In this document: in pieces, positions 30,962-41,619 of the stretch
How the letters are laid out: each line of letters starts with the position of its first letter
Numbering within the stretch: the first letter of the stretch is position 1
From: an uncultured Gemmataceae bacterium
Lineage (GTDB): Bacteria > Planctomycetota > Planctomycetia > Gemmatales > Gemmataceae
Direction of reading: 5' to 3'
Assembly (NCBI GenBank): GCA_963750165.1
Contig: CAVVPN010000004.1
Coordinates: 768,001-832,000, forward strand
Length of the DNA: 64,000 bases
Translations under genes and position numbers: made by a program
Notes under the pieces: generated by a model
Databases searched by the model: none
Told to the model about the DNA's origin: nothing
What the model saw: the letters and a program-made list of their open reading frames with translations, nothing else

Positions 30962-31372
30962 ATGAACCGTTTCGTCACGTTGGCGTTGGTGAGCACAGTG
31001 GCACTGTCCGGGGCCTCACACGCCTTCGGACAAGAGAAAAAGCCCCGTGAAGCCGAGATCACCAAGCTGCTTCCGGGAAAGTGGGTCAGCAAGTTGAACA
31101 CGCCCACGGTCTCAGGCAAGCTTGATTTCGCATTCGTCAAGGACGGCACCTACACCCTGAAGGGGAAGATCAAAAAGGGGGACAAGGAGATCCCGATCGA
31201 CGAAGATGGTGCGTGGAAGGTGACTGAAAACCGTCTCGTTCTGACGCCCAAGAACCCACCTGACGGCAGCCCCAAGACGAAAGAGTTCACCATTGGTGAG
31301 ATCAGCGACACGACCTTCAAGATGAAGGACAAGCAGCAGATTGAATCGATCTGGACGAGAGTCAAGGAGTGA
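30962..31372 (+). CDS. Exported lipocalin-like beta-barrel protein
   Basis: AGGAGG SD; signal peptide; L.GKW...F.KDGTY...G.WK...L pattern. Confidence 0.75.
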   Translation: MNRFVTLALVSTVALSGASHAFGQEKKPREAEITKLLPGKWVSKLNTPTVSGKLDFAFVKDGTYTLKGKIKKGDKEIPIDEDGAWKVTENRLVLTPKNPPDGSPKTKEFTIGEISDTTFKMKDKQQIESIWTRVKE

Positions 31373-31714
31373 CGTGATCGACCTCGGGCCTCTTTCCCGG
31401 CGAATGCGTACGTTCGTGGTCGCGGCGTACGCATTCGTTTGATCAGGCTGGCCGCCAATCTGCCGCATCTATTGAATCATCATCTTCTTGGTATTGGGGC
31501 GGCGAGTTAGGACTCGCCCCGCCGGTGCATTTATCGTCGCTTGCGGGATCGCACCGGCCAACTCTCCCGCATAAGGCAATTTGCGCAATCCGCTCCGGTC
31601 CGACACGCCGAAGCAGTTTCGGACCGAAGCGTACAAGGCTACATTTCGCGACGGCGCAACCATTGGTGTGACACTTTCGCTTTACAATTCCTGGTTACGG
31701 CAATAAAGGTTTCC

Positions 31715-31897
31715 ATGATGAAGGACGATCCCACCATTCAAGCAGTGCGCAAAGCGCGGCACCGGATTTCGGAAAGGGTCGGGCACGACCCGCGGAAACT
31801 GGTGGAGCACTACCGCAAACTCCAGGAGCGTCATTGCGACCGCCTCCTCGCGCCAGCCACCCCGCGGTCGAACACGGAAGGCGAGAACGCCGCTTGA
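31715..31897 (+). CDS. Small hypothetical protein (antitoxin-like helical peptide)
   Basis: MMKDDPTIQAVRKARHRISERVGHDPRKLVEHYRKLQ resembles small D-P-I/T-x-x-VR proteins that I recall next to PIN toxins. Confidence 0.55.
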   Translation: MMKDDPTIQAVRKARHRISERVGHDPRKLVEHYRKLQERHCDRLLAPATPRSNTEGENAA

Positions 31898-32088
31898 CCA
31901 CGACGTTGGCGACTGCAGGAAACCCCAGGAACTGGGCGCCCGACACCTTTCCTAGCAGCAGTCCCGACCCGTTTTTGGTCATGTCCGCGGACTTTTCTGA
32001 AAAAAATCGGAAATGCGTGTCCACTTTTCCGCGCCGATTGCGATACCCCGGATAGAGGGCGTCGGTCCCTGCTCCCGAACCGTCTCTC

Positions 32089-34080
32089 TTGACCCGCGAG
32101 GTGTCCGTGCCAGCCCCGTTGCGAAACGCCACCTACCCCGTGCCCGCGTTCCGGCCGCTGCGCGTCTACGCCTTCGACCCGAGCCTGGCCACCCAGCTCG
32201 AAACGGCCGTCCTCAACCAGACCACCCTCAAGGTCATCTGGGAGAGCGAGCCGCGCACCGGTATCAGTATCCTGAAGCCGGGCCCCGTCGGCGAATACCT
32301 GGAAGTGGTCGATTACGACCCCGCCAGCCAGTGCTTCTACGCGCCGGTTGATCTGGACGACCCATCGCTGCTGGCCCAGGGCGGACTGCCGCCGTCGGAG
32401 GGCAACCCCAAGTTTCATCAGCAAATGGTCTACGCGGTGTCCATGACCACCATCCGCCACTTCGAGCGCGCCCTGGGCCGACTGGCCCTGTGGTCGCCGC
32501 GTCGCGCCGAGGACGGCGACGGCAAGATTCACTTCGAGTACGTGCCGCGGTTGCGCATCTACCCGCACGCGCTGCGCGAGGCCAACGCCTACTACAGCCC
32601 GGACAAGAAAGCGCTGCTGTTCGGCTACTTCCCCGCGTCGGCGGACCACCCCGACCTCAACCTGCCCGGCGGCCTGGTCTTCACCTGCCTGTCGCACGAC
32701 GTGGTCGCCCACGAGACCACGCACGCCCTGCTCGACGGCCTGCACCGCCGCTTCAACGAGGCCAGCAACCCCGACGTGCTCGCCTTCCACGAGGGCTTCG
32801 CCGATGTCGTCGCCCTGTTCCAGCACTTCAACAACCAGGACGTGCTGTTGCACCAGGTGGCGCGCACCCGCGGCGATCTGGCCAGCCAGAACATGCTCGG
32901 TCAGCTGGCCCAGCAGTTCGGCCAGGCCATCGGCGGCTACGGCGCGCTGCGCGACGCCATCGGCTATGTGGACGACAAGGGCGACTGGCACCGGCAGAAG
33001 CCCAATCCGACCGCCTACCAGACGACGACGGAGCCGCACGCCCGCGGTTCCCTGCTGGTGGCGGCGGTCTTCGACGCCTTTCTGTCGATCTACAAGGCGC
33101 GCGTCGCCGACCTGCTGCGCATCGCCACCAAAGGCACCGGTGTGCTGCCGGCCGGCGACATCCACCCCGACCTGGCCCGCCGGCTGGCGTCCGAGGCCGC
33201 CAAGGCCGCCGGCCATGTGTTGGTCATGTGCATCCGCGCCCTGGACTACTGCCCGCCGGTGGACCTGACCTTCGGCGAGTACCTGCGGGCGCTGATTACC
33301 GCCGACGCCGACCTGGTGCCCGACGACGACCTGGGCTATCGCGTCGCCTTCATCGAGGCGTTTCGCTACCGCGGCATCTATCCGCGCGATGTGCGCACCC
33401 TGTCGGTCGAGAGCCTGCGCTGGCAGGCGGAGATCCCCGGCCTGACCGACAAGCAGCGGGCCGCCCTGCTGGTGGAACTGCGGAAGATCAAGCTCGACTG
33501 GAACCTGACCACCAACCGGGAGTCGGTGTACCACTCGGCGGAACTCAACCGCCTTGCCGTCCACGAGTGGCTGGTGAGCCACGACCTGGACAGGGCCTTC
33601 ACGCGGGCGCTGGGCCTGGCGCTGCACGACGACGCCCCGGCCACCATTGCCCGCCATCCGAAAACCAAACGCCCGCTGGTCGAGGTCCATTCGGTGCGCC
33701 CGGCCCGCCGCGTCGGCCCCGACGGCCAGTTGCTCGTGGACCTGATCGTCGAGATCACGCAACGACGGCTCGCCTTCCTCGACCCGAAGGAACAGGACAG
33801 GCACGACAAGGCGAAGACGCCCATCGACGTGAACGCCTTCGCGGAGCGGCGGCCCGAGGAGACGTTCGTCTTCCGCGGCGGCTGCACGCTGGTCGTTAGC
33901 ATGGAGAGCGCCGGCGTCCGCGCCTGCATTCGCAAGGACATCCTGAGCAGCAGCCGGTTGGAGCGCCAGCGCCGCTTCTTCCGCGACCCCACGGAGCGGT
34001 CGCTGCACGCCACGTATTTCGGCGACTTCCGCACCGGCGACGACAAGGAGCCGTTCGCCATGCTGCACCGCGACTTTTAG
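32089..34080 (+). CDS. Cytoplasmic thermolysin-like (M4/gluzincin) zinc metallopeptidase (start possibly GTG at 32107)
   Basis: NAYY; HETTH (HExxH, 32710-32724); FHEGFAD third ligand; EPH.RG; no signal peptide. Confidence 0.85.
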   Translation: MTREVSVPAPLRNATYPVPAFRPLRVYAFDPSLATQLETAVLNQTTLKVIWESEPRTGISILKPGPVGEYLEVVDYDPASQCFYAPVDLDDPSLLAQGGLPPSEGNPKFHQQMVYAVSMTTIRHFERALGRLALWSPRRAEDGDGKIHFEYVPRLRIYPHALREANAYYSPDKKALLFGYFPASADHPDLNLPGGLVFTCLSHDVVAHETTHALLDGLHRRFNEASNPDVLAFHEGFADVVALFQHFNNQDVLLHQVARTRGDLASQNMLGQLAQQFGQAIGGYGALRDAIGYVDDKGDWHRQKPNPTAYQTTTEPHARGSLLVAAVFDAFLSIYKARVADLLRIATKGTGVLPAGDIHPDLARRLASEAAKAAGHVLVMCIRALDYCPPVDLTFGEYLRALITADADLVPDDDLGYRVAFIEAFRYRGIYPRDVRTLSVESLRWQAEIPGLTDKQRAALLVELRKIKLDWNLTTNRESVYHSAELNRLAVHEWLVSHDLDRAFTRALGLALHDDAPATIARHPKTKRPLVEVHSVRPARRVGPDGQLLVDLIVEITQRRLAFLDPKEQDRHDKAKTPIDVNAFAERRPEETFVFRGGCTLVVSMESAGVRACIRKDILSSSRLERQRRFFRDPTERSLHATYFGDFRTGDDKEPFAMLHRDF

Positions 34081-34104
34081 AACCAGTGGCGGAAAGAACT
34101 GTCT

Positions 34105-34271
34105 GCGTTCGTAGTACCGCCTATTGCAGATTGCGAATGGATGTAGCGGAAGTCGCCAGACTTCCGAGCAGCACCGGACGGAAGTCTGGCGACTTCCGCT
34201 ACACCTAACTGCGAACCGCTCCAGGCGGAATCTGACTGGCTGATTCCGCCTAAAGGCGGTACTACGAACGC
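34105..34271. repeat. Nested REPINs (GTAGTACCGCCT outer pair, GTAGCGGAAGTCGCCAGACTTCCG inner pair)
   Basis: Inverted arms are visible; the inner REPIN also occurs at 60383-60439. Confidence 0.85.
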
Positions 34272-34324
34272 AGAATCCAGAGGACGCCCGCTTTCCGCCA
34301 CAACTTGTTAACAGCGAGGCCCCC

Positions 34325-35768
34325 ATGAGCAAAGCCCCCGTTCACCCGCAGACGGCCGGCGAGGTCAGCGTCCGCATGTATCGCCAGGGCCTTGGCGACT
34401 GCTTCCTGCTCACCTTCCCCACGGCTACTGGGGACCCGTTTTTCATGCTCATCGACTGTGGCGTCATCCTCGGCACGCCGGACCCGGAACCCAAAATGAC
34501 CGCGGTCGCCAAGGACATCCAGGAGACGACCGGCGGCCACCTCCATGCGCTGGTCGCCACGCACGAGCACTGGGACCACCTCTCGGGCTTCGTCCAGGCG
34601 AAAAAAGTCTTCGAGCAGATCGAGGTGGACGCGGTCTGGCTGGCCTGGACGGAGGATTCGAGCAACGCCGTGGCGCGGCGGCTCAAGGAGGACCGCCGGC
34701 GAACCCTGCGCCGTGCAGGGGGCGGTTACTCACCTGCAGGCCACGGGCGACGACCCGGACACTGCCGACAAGTTCGAGGGCGTGCTGAGCTTCTTCGGCG
34801 GCCTGGGCGCCAACGGCGCCGCCAAAACCGAGGACGCCCTGGCCTTTCTGCGCAGCCACGCCAAGTCGGTGCGCTTCTGCCGGCCCGGCGAGCCGCCGTT
34901 GACGCTGCCGGGGGTGCCGGGCGTGCGCGTCTTCGTGCTGGGCCCGCCGGAGGACCCGGCCGCCATCAAGCGGACCAACCCCAGCAAGCGCGACCGCGAA
35001 ACCTACGACGTCACAGCCGCGCTGACGGCGGAGGACGCCTTCCTGGCCGCGGTTCGCCATCGGACCGACAGCAACCTGAACAAGATGCACCCGGACGAAC
35101 GCACGGTGCTGGAACTGAGCTTCCCCTTCGACCAGGAGCTGAAAATCCCCGTCGTCCGGGCAAAGGAGGACGAGTTTTTCCAGAAACACTATGGCTTCCG
35201 CGCTGGCGGCCCCGACGCCTGGCGGCGGATCGAGGACGACTGGCTGGGCGGAGCCGGGCCGCTGGCGCTGCAGCTGGACAATGCCACCAACAACACGAGC
35301 CTGGCGCTGGCCATCGAACTGTCGCCGGGCGGCAAGGTGCTGCTGTTCCCGGGCGACGCCCAGGTGGGCAACTGGCTGTCCTGGGAAAAGTGTTCCTGGT
35401 CGCTGACCGAGGGCGGCCACACGGTGCATGTCACCAGCGCTGACCTGCTGGCCCGCACGGTCCTGTACAAGGTCGGCCATCACGCCAGCCACAACGCCAC
35501 GCTGCGGGCCAAGGGGCTGGAGCTGATGACCAGTCCCGAACTGGTGGCGATGATTCCCGTGGACCACGACATGGCCGTCATCAAGCGCTGGGACATGCCC
35601 TTCGAGTCGCTGTTGCAGCGGTTGCTGGAGAAGACCGGCGGGCGGGTGCTGCGCATCGACAAGGGGCTGCTGGACCGGCCGAAGAGTGTGCCGGCCAAAC
35701 AGTGGCAGACGTTTCGCGACCGGGTCACGGTCACCGACCTGGCCCTGGACTATGACATCACTCCTTGA
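34325..35768 (+). CDS. ComEC/Rec2-type MBL-fold metallo-hydrolase, putative nuclease (frameshift at about 34710)
   Basis: GLGDCFLL, LIDCG, THEHWDH (HxHxDH), NNTSL, LLFPGDAQ and KVGHHAS motifs; restoring a GC in CTGCGC(GC)CGTG joins the two ORFs. Confidence 0.88.
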
Positions 35769-35777
35769 GGAACGCTC

Positions 35778-36806
35778 ATGGCACGCAAGCGCTCGACAAC
35801 GCCTCACACCGGCAAGCCGCGCCGCCGCGCCCCGACCCCAGCGGCGGCGCCCACCGCCGCGGCGGCCGCGGACCAGTACCTGGTCTATGTCCACGGCATC
35901 TGCGCGCACAGCGCCGGCTACTCCGATCCGTGGTGGGCGGCGCTGAAGCCCTACGTGACCACCGTCCCGGACGCGAACCGCAAGGAAGTGCTCTGGAGCG
36001 ATGTCATCACGCCGGCGGCCGCCCCGGCGGCACAACCGATGTCCCGCGAGGAGCGGTTCGCGCTGCGACTGACCCGGGCGCAGGCACCGACCACAGCCGA
36101 CCCGCGTGCCACCGCGCTGGCCGCGCAGGTCATGGACGTGCTCGCCGACCGGGTGCAGCAGCAGCAGTTGGTGGCCGCGGCCGCGCCCGGCCCCGGGGTC
36201 GCCCCGGCCGCCGCAGCCCTGGGGCCGGCGTCCGCGCAGAACTTCCTGGTGGCGGAGGCCGCGGCGCCGCTGCCCTTCCTGGGGCTGCCGGACTTCGAGT
36301 GCATCAGCGACTTCATGAGCTACCTGCTCAACAACGACATTCGCACCCAGGTCATGGACCGCTTCGCCGCGGTCGTCGAGCCGTTGCTGGCGGCCGGCAG
36401 CGAGGTCCACGTCATCAGCCACAGCTGGGGCACGGTGGTCGCCTACGAGGCCCTGCGCCGCATGGACGGCGCCCACCCCGAGTACGCCGACGGCAGCGTC
36501 CTGAACCTGTTCACGGTGGGCAGCGCCCTGGCCATCGCGCCGGTGAAGCGCAACTTGCTGCCCAGCGACATTGACGGCCGGCGGCCGCGCCTGGTCCGCA
36601 CCTGGGTCAACCTGGACGCGCGCTTCGACGTGGTCGGCGGCCCGCTGAGCGGCAACCCGTTCCAGGTGGACGCGGAGTATCTGAACCTGCCGCCGGTCGG
36701 CTGTTCGATGTGGATCCCCAACCCGGTGTGCGCGCACGGCTCCTACTTCCAGGCGGCCAACGTCACGGTCAACGAAGGCATCTTCGGCAAGTACATGTCC
36801 GGCTGA
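35778..36806 (+). CDS. Alpha/beta hydrolase (lipase/PGAP1-like)
   Basis: VYVHGI, SHSWG nucleophile elbow, TVGS, D.V and HGSY; starts 9 nt after the MBL stop. Confidence 0.8.
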   Translation: MARKRSTTPHTGKPRRRAPTPAAAPTAAAAADQYLVYVHGICAHSAGYSDPWWAALKPYVTTVPDANRKEVLWSDVITPAAAPAAQPMSREERFALRLTRAQAPTTADPRATALAAQVMDVLADRVQQQQLVAAAAPGPGVAPAAAALGPASAQNFLVAEAAAPLPFLGLPDFECISDFMSYLLNNDIRTQVMDRFAAVVEPLLAAGSEVHVISHSWGTVVAYEALRRMDGAHPEYADGSVLNLFTVGSALAIAPVKRNLLPSDIDGRRPRLVRTWVNLDARFDVVGGPLSGNPFQVDAEYLNLPPVGCSMWIPNPVCAHGSYFQAANVTVNEGIFGKYMSG

Positions 36807-36878
36807 CGCCGCCGGGCCGCTACACTAACCCCCGGCGGCTTGCGACCCATCCTTGATTCTCGCCCGGGGCGGACAGTC

Positions 36879-37745
36879 ATGCTGGTCGATCTGGTGCAGG
36901 CGACGGCGCGGGACGGCGTGCGGCTGGACGGGGCGTTCCAGGCAGCGCCGGCCGGCACGCCCGCGGTGGCGGTGGACGGCTTCTGCCTGATCCACGGCAC
37001 CGGCGGCAATTTCTACAACTCCACCCTGTTCGACGTGCTCGCAGAGCGGCTGCTGCAACGCGGCAGTGCCGTGCTGCGCGCGAACACGCGCGGCCACGAC
37101 GGCATCAGCACCGCCGCCATGCCGCGCGGCGGCCGGCGCCTCGGGGCGGCCTACGAACTGTTCGACGACTGCCGCCACGACGTCGCCGCCTGGGTCGAGT
37201 GGCTGCGGCAGCGGGCCGGTCCGCGCGTTGGGCTGATCGGCCACAGCCTCGGGGCCGTGAAGTGCCTGTATGCTCAGGCCCAGGAGCCGGACGCGGCGGT
37301 GCGCTGCGTCGTCGCGGTGTCGCCGCCGCGGCTGTCGTATGCGTGGTTCTGCCAGAGCGCGGCGCGCGACGAGTTTCTGCGAACCTTCGCCCAGGCGGAG
37401 GCGTATGTACACGACGGTCAACCGCAGACGCTGCTGGACGTGAAGTTTCCGCTGCCCTACGTCGTGACCGCCGCCGGCTACCTCGACAAGTACGGGCCGG
37501 ACGAGCGCGTCAACTACCTGTCGTTCCTGCGCGGCGTGCCGTGTCCGGTGCTGGTGACGCTCGGCGGCATTGAAGTGGAGAACAACGTCGCGTTCCAGGG
37601 GGCGGCGGCGGAGCTGGAGCAACTGCGCCGGCCGCAGTTGACGGTCGCCACCGTCGCCGGGGCGGATCACTTTTACACCGGGACGCGGGCGGAACTGGCG
37701 GCGTGCGTGGAGGGCTGGCTGCGCACGGCGGTTGCAGCATTGTGA
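36879..37745 (+). CDS. Alpha/beta hydrolase
   Basis: IHGTGGNFY, GHSLG and GADHFY motifs. Confidence 0.85.
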   Translation: MLVDLVQATARDGVRLDGAFQAAPAGTPAVAVDGFCLIHGTGGNFYNSTLFDVLAERLLQRGSAVLRANTRGHDGISTAAMPRGGRRLGAAYELFDDCRHDVAAWVEWLRQRAGPRVGLIGHSLGAVKCLYAQAQEPDAAVRCVVAVSPPRLSYAWFCQSAARDEFLRTFAQAEAYVHDGQPQTLLDVKFPLPYVVTAAGYLDKYGPDERVNYLSFLRGVPCPVLVTLGGIEVENNVAFQGAAAELEQLRRPQLTVATVAGADHFYTGTRAELAACVEGWLRTAVAAL

Positions 37746-37842
37746 GAGAGGCTGGAAATTTCGTGGAAGAAGCAGCTCCGCGTGGGATCATAGAGGCGTG
37801 GAGGTCGTCCGCGTCCGAAACAACTTTTCTGGAGCCCTCGTC

Positions 37843-38786
37843 ATGAAAACACGTCTTGTCGGCAGCGCGGTGGTGGCGTGCGTGGTCCTCGTCGGTCTCG
37901 GCTGCGGCGAGGCGATGAAATCGGAGGCCCCGCCAGTGTCCAACGCCAAGGTAGACGTGGCCAGTAAAGACGCCCCGCCGGAAAAGATGATGCGTGGAAC
38001 GACGCACAAAGAAGCATATTTTGAGCGAGTCGGCCTGGATTTTGACCAGCAACCAGCGCCCGTCGTCCGCAAGGTCATCTACACGGCCACGCTCAAAATG
38101 GAGGTCGAGGATTTTCCCAAAGCAGCAGAGGAACTGGAGCGGCTGATCGAGGAACACAAGGCCATCCTGGAGCACACCGACATCACCGGCGGCGCGGCAG
38201 TTCCCGCTCAGGCCACTGGAAGGTCCGCATCGCTCCGGAGAAGCGGGCCGCCTTCCAACGAGCCGTCGCCAAGCTAGGCGAGGTGGAACAGAACACCCTG
38301 AGCAGTCAGGACGTGACCGAGGAGTACGTGGACCTGAGCCGGCGCATCCAGAACAAGGAAGCGGAGGTGCAAAGCTACCGCGAACTGTTCAAGGAGGCGA
38401 AAAAGATCCCGGACATCCTGAGCGTTTCGGAGAAACTGTATCAAGCCCAGGAAAACCTGGAACGGCTTCAGGGCCGCAAGAAATACCTGGAGAGCCTGTC
38501 CGACCTGGCGACCGTCAACGTCTACCTGGGCGAGCGCGGCGTCTACGTACCGGCGGAAAGCCTGGACTTCGGCACCAGCGTCGGCCGGACGTTCTCGGGC
38601 TCGGTCAACGCCCTGGTGCAGTTCGGCCGCGGTGCGGCGCTGGTGGCGGTGGCGCTGGTGCCGTGGCTGCCGATCATGCTGGTGATCGGGGTGCCAGTTT
38701 TCCTGGCGTGGCGGCACCACCGGCGTCAGGCCATTCCGACCGTGACGGAGGTGCCGCCGTCGGCCGCGCCGCCGACCCAGGGGTGA
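37843..38786 (+). CDS. DUF4349 domain lipoprotein (frameshift at about 38195)
   Basis: Lipobox LGLGC-like; RKVIYTA, QDVTEEYVD..R and LATV motifs; C-terminal TM. Confidence 0.85.
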
Positions 38787-38822
38787 GCGTGTCGAGCGGC
38801 CGCGGTCGCGCGGCAAACGCCC

Positions 38823-38851
38823 TTGCAAGGGCCGGGGCGGGGCGGTAGCTT
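38823..38851 (+). promoter_or_regulatory. Sigma70 promoter
   Basis: TTGCAA-N17-TAGCTT upstream of 38909. Confidence 0.6.
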
Positions 38852-38908
38852 AACAACGTTTCGCCCGGATGGTTTTTCAGCGACTCCAGGGCCCCGAGGG
38901 CAATCGAC

Positions 38909-39331
38909 ATGGCTCGCCGCATTCTCAACCGCAAGGATCTCCGTGCCGCCAACGACGCCGCCGAGCGCCGCCTGACGGACGATGAGGAAGTCGTTGACGA
39001 AGAGGCCGGCGACGAGGACGAGGAAGAAGAAGCGGGCGAAGCCGAGGCCGAGGCGGAAGGCGACGAGGACGAAGAAGAAGCGCCCGCCGTCAAGAAGAAG
39101 AAGGCCCCCGCCAAGGTCAAGGCCAAGGCCAAGCCGCGCACGCGCACGGCCAAGGTGACGCGCATGCGCGTCGTCTGGGGCGTCTTCAACAACTCCAACC
39201 AGTGCGTCGCCAGCTACCCGTATCCGCAAAAAGCCGAGGCAGAGGCCCACGCCGTCAAGCTCACCGCCGACAAGCGCAACACCCACTTTGTCCAGCCCGT
39301 CAAGGAGGCCATGGAAGAGAAGAAGGAGTGA
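38909..39331 (+). CDS. Hypothetical protein with an acidic tract, a Lys-rich tract and a small C-terminal domain
   Basis: Strong codon bias; D/E-rich then K/A-rich linker; WGVF...HFVQPVKE. Confidence 0.8.
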   Translation: MARRILNRKDLRAANDAAERRLTDDEEVVDEEAGDEDEEEEAGEAEAEAEGDEDEEEAPAVKKKKAPAKVKAKAKPRTRTAKVTRMRVVWGVFNNSNQCVASYPYPQKAEAEAHAVKLTADKRNTHFVQPVKEAMEEKKE

Positions 39332-39336
39332 AAATA

Positions 39337-39527
39337 ATTGCAGATTGCAAATTGCAGATTGCAAATGGAAAGACAACCACCCACCCTGTTGTGGCTTGGT
39401 CTGCGGACCAAGCCACTTGGCCCGACCGAAGGTCTCCCCGAATGCTTGTAACCCCGAAGAGGAGACCTTCGGTCGGGGCCACAACGGGTGTCTTTCCATT
39501 TGCAATCTGCAATTTGCAATCTGCAAT
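39337..39527. repeat. Nested element: (ATTGCAR)n outer IR enclosing GTGGC-headed REP hairpins
   Basis: Outer arms 39337-39375 and 39490-39527 are complementary; inner CCCGACCGAAGGTCTC...GAGACCTTCGGTCGGG. Confidence 0.85.
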
Positions 39528-39535
39528 CCAATCCC

Positions 39536-41613
39536 ATGGACGCCAGCGCCTCCCCCCTGGACGAACCCGTGCAGTTCCTCAAGGGCGTCGGCCCCGCCCG
39601 GGCCGAGGTGCTCCGCCGCCTCGGCATCCTCACCGTCCGCGACCTGCTCTTCCACTTCCCCCGCGCCTACGAAGACCTCAGCGACGTGCGGCCCATCGCC
39701 CAGCTGACCGCCAACGCCACCGTCACCGTCCAGGGTGAGGTCGTCGAGATCGATGGCAAGCAGCTGCCGGACGGCCGCACCATCGTCAGCGTCGTCATCA
39801 GCGACAACGGCCGCGACTGCCTCGAAGGTGCCTGGTTCAACCAGACACACATCGCCCGCCGCTTCCGCTACGGCCAGCGCGTCGCCTTCAGCGGCAAGGC
39901 GACCTGGTTCCGCGACCGCTGGCGCATGGCCAACCCGCGCGTGCAGGACGCCGACGCCAGCAACCCTGCCACCCCCGGCGTCGTGCCCGTCTACCCGCTC
40001 ACCGAGGATCTGCGGCCCGACACCCTCCGCGCCCTGCTGCGGCAGACGCTGCCGACGCACGCCGGCCACGTCCCCGAAGTGCTGCCGGACGCCCTGCGCA
40101 CTCAGCACGGACTGCCGGAGGTGCGCCAGGCTCTGAACGACATCCACTTCCCGGCGACGCTCGCGGCAGGGCAGACGGCCCGGCGCCGCTTCGTCTACGA
40201 GGAACTGCTGCTGCTGCAGGTGGCGCTCGGCGTGCGCCGCCGAGATCTGCGCGACCGCCAGCGCGCCCGAAGCTGCCGGTCACCGCCGCCATCGACGAGC
40301 GCATCCGCCGGCTGTTCCCGTTTCAGCTCACCGGCGACCAGGAGAAGGTGATCGCGGAGCTGCGCCGCGACCTGGCCAGCGACCGGCCGATGCAGCGGCT
40401 GCTGCAGGCGGACGTGGGCGCCGGCAAGACGGCGGTGGCGGTGTACGCGCTGCTGGCGACCGTCGCCAACAAACATCAGGCGGCGCTGATGGCCCCGACG
40501 GAGGTGCTGGCCCGGCAGCACTCCCGCACGCTGGATCGCTACCTGGCGCACAGCCGGGTGCGGCGGCTGCTGCTGACCGGCGGGCTGACGGCGAAGGAGC
40601 GGCGCACGGCGCCGGCGGCGCTGAAGGCCGGCGACGTGGACCTGGTCGTGGGCACGCAGGCGCTGGTGCAGCAGGACGTGGAGTTCGCGCGGCTGGGCCT
40701 CATCGTCATCGACGAGCAGCACAAGTTCGGCGTCAACCAGCGGGCGCGGATGCGCAAGCTCGGCGTCGATCCGCACTATTTGGTCATGACCGCGACGCCG
40801 ATCCCGCGCACCGTGGCGCTGACGGTGTTCGGCGACCTGGATTTGTCGATCATCAAGCAGATGCCGCCGGGCCGCCGGCCGGTGACGACACGCTGGCTAC
40901 CGGAGGCGGAGCGGCCGCGGCTGTACGAGCGGCTGGCGGGCGAGCTGCGGCAGGGCCGGCAGGGCTACATCGTCTGTCCGCTGGTGGAGGAGTCGGAGGC
41001 GCTGGACCTGCGGGCGGCAGAGCAGACGCACGCCGAGTTGCAGGCGGGGCCGTTCCGTGCGTTCCGTGTCGGTCTGCTGACGGGCCGCATGGACGAGTCG
41101 GCGAAGGACGCGGTGATGCAGCAGTTCCATCAGAAGCAACTGGACCTGCTGGTGAGCACGATGGTGATCGAGGTCGGCGTCGATGTGGCGAACGCGACGT
41201 TCCTGGTGATCGAACATGCGGAGCGTTTCGGGCTGTCGCAGCTGCACCAGTTGCGCGGGCGCGTCGGCCGCGGCGGCTTGGCGGGCCAGTGCTACGTGTT
41301 CGCGCACGCCGGCAATGACGAGGCGAAGGCGCGGTTGCAGGCGTTCACGCGCACGGCGGACGGCTTCGCCCTGGCGGAGGTGGACGCGAAGTTGCGCGGC
41401 AGCGGCGAATTGCTGGGCACGAAGCAGTCGGGGCTGGGTGAGCTGCGCTGGGCGGACCTGGACGCGGATCGGGAGTTGTTGCGGGTGGCGCGGCACGATG
41501 CGTTCGCGCTGGTGGCGGCGGACGCGGGGCTGCGGCAGCCGGAGCACGCGGCGCTGCGGCGGGCGGTGCTGGAGCGCTACGGCAAGACACTGGATTTGGC
41601 GGAGATTGGCTGA
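39536..41613 (+). CDS. recG: ATP-dependent DNA helicase RecG (frameshift at about 40268)
   Basis: LKGVGP, wedge domain WFNQ, DVGAGKT, DEQH, MTATPIPRT and QLHQLRGRVGRG motifs. Confidence 0.95.
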
Positions 41614-41619
41614 CGCGGG

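Noticed and set aside
31831..34332. Long antisense ORFs (also 43116-45494, 47441-49045, 34683-36737 and 11124-13187)
   Set aside because: These are typical stop-poor reverse frames of high-GC genes and carry no recognisable motifs.
34325..35768. Antibiotic-resistance beta-lactamase
   Set aside because: It has no signal peptide, and the motif set (GDC, NNTS, GDA, HH.S) is ComEC/nuclease-type rather than class B beta-lactamase.
36879..37745. Second alpha/beta hydrolase as part of the protease-MBL module
   Set aside because: It is separated by about 70 bp containing a possible promoter (TTGCGA...) and looks like a generic housekeeping hydrolase; membership is unsupported without synteny data.
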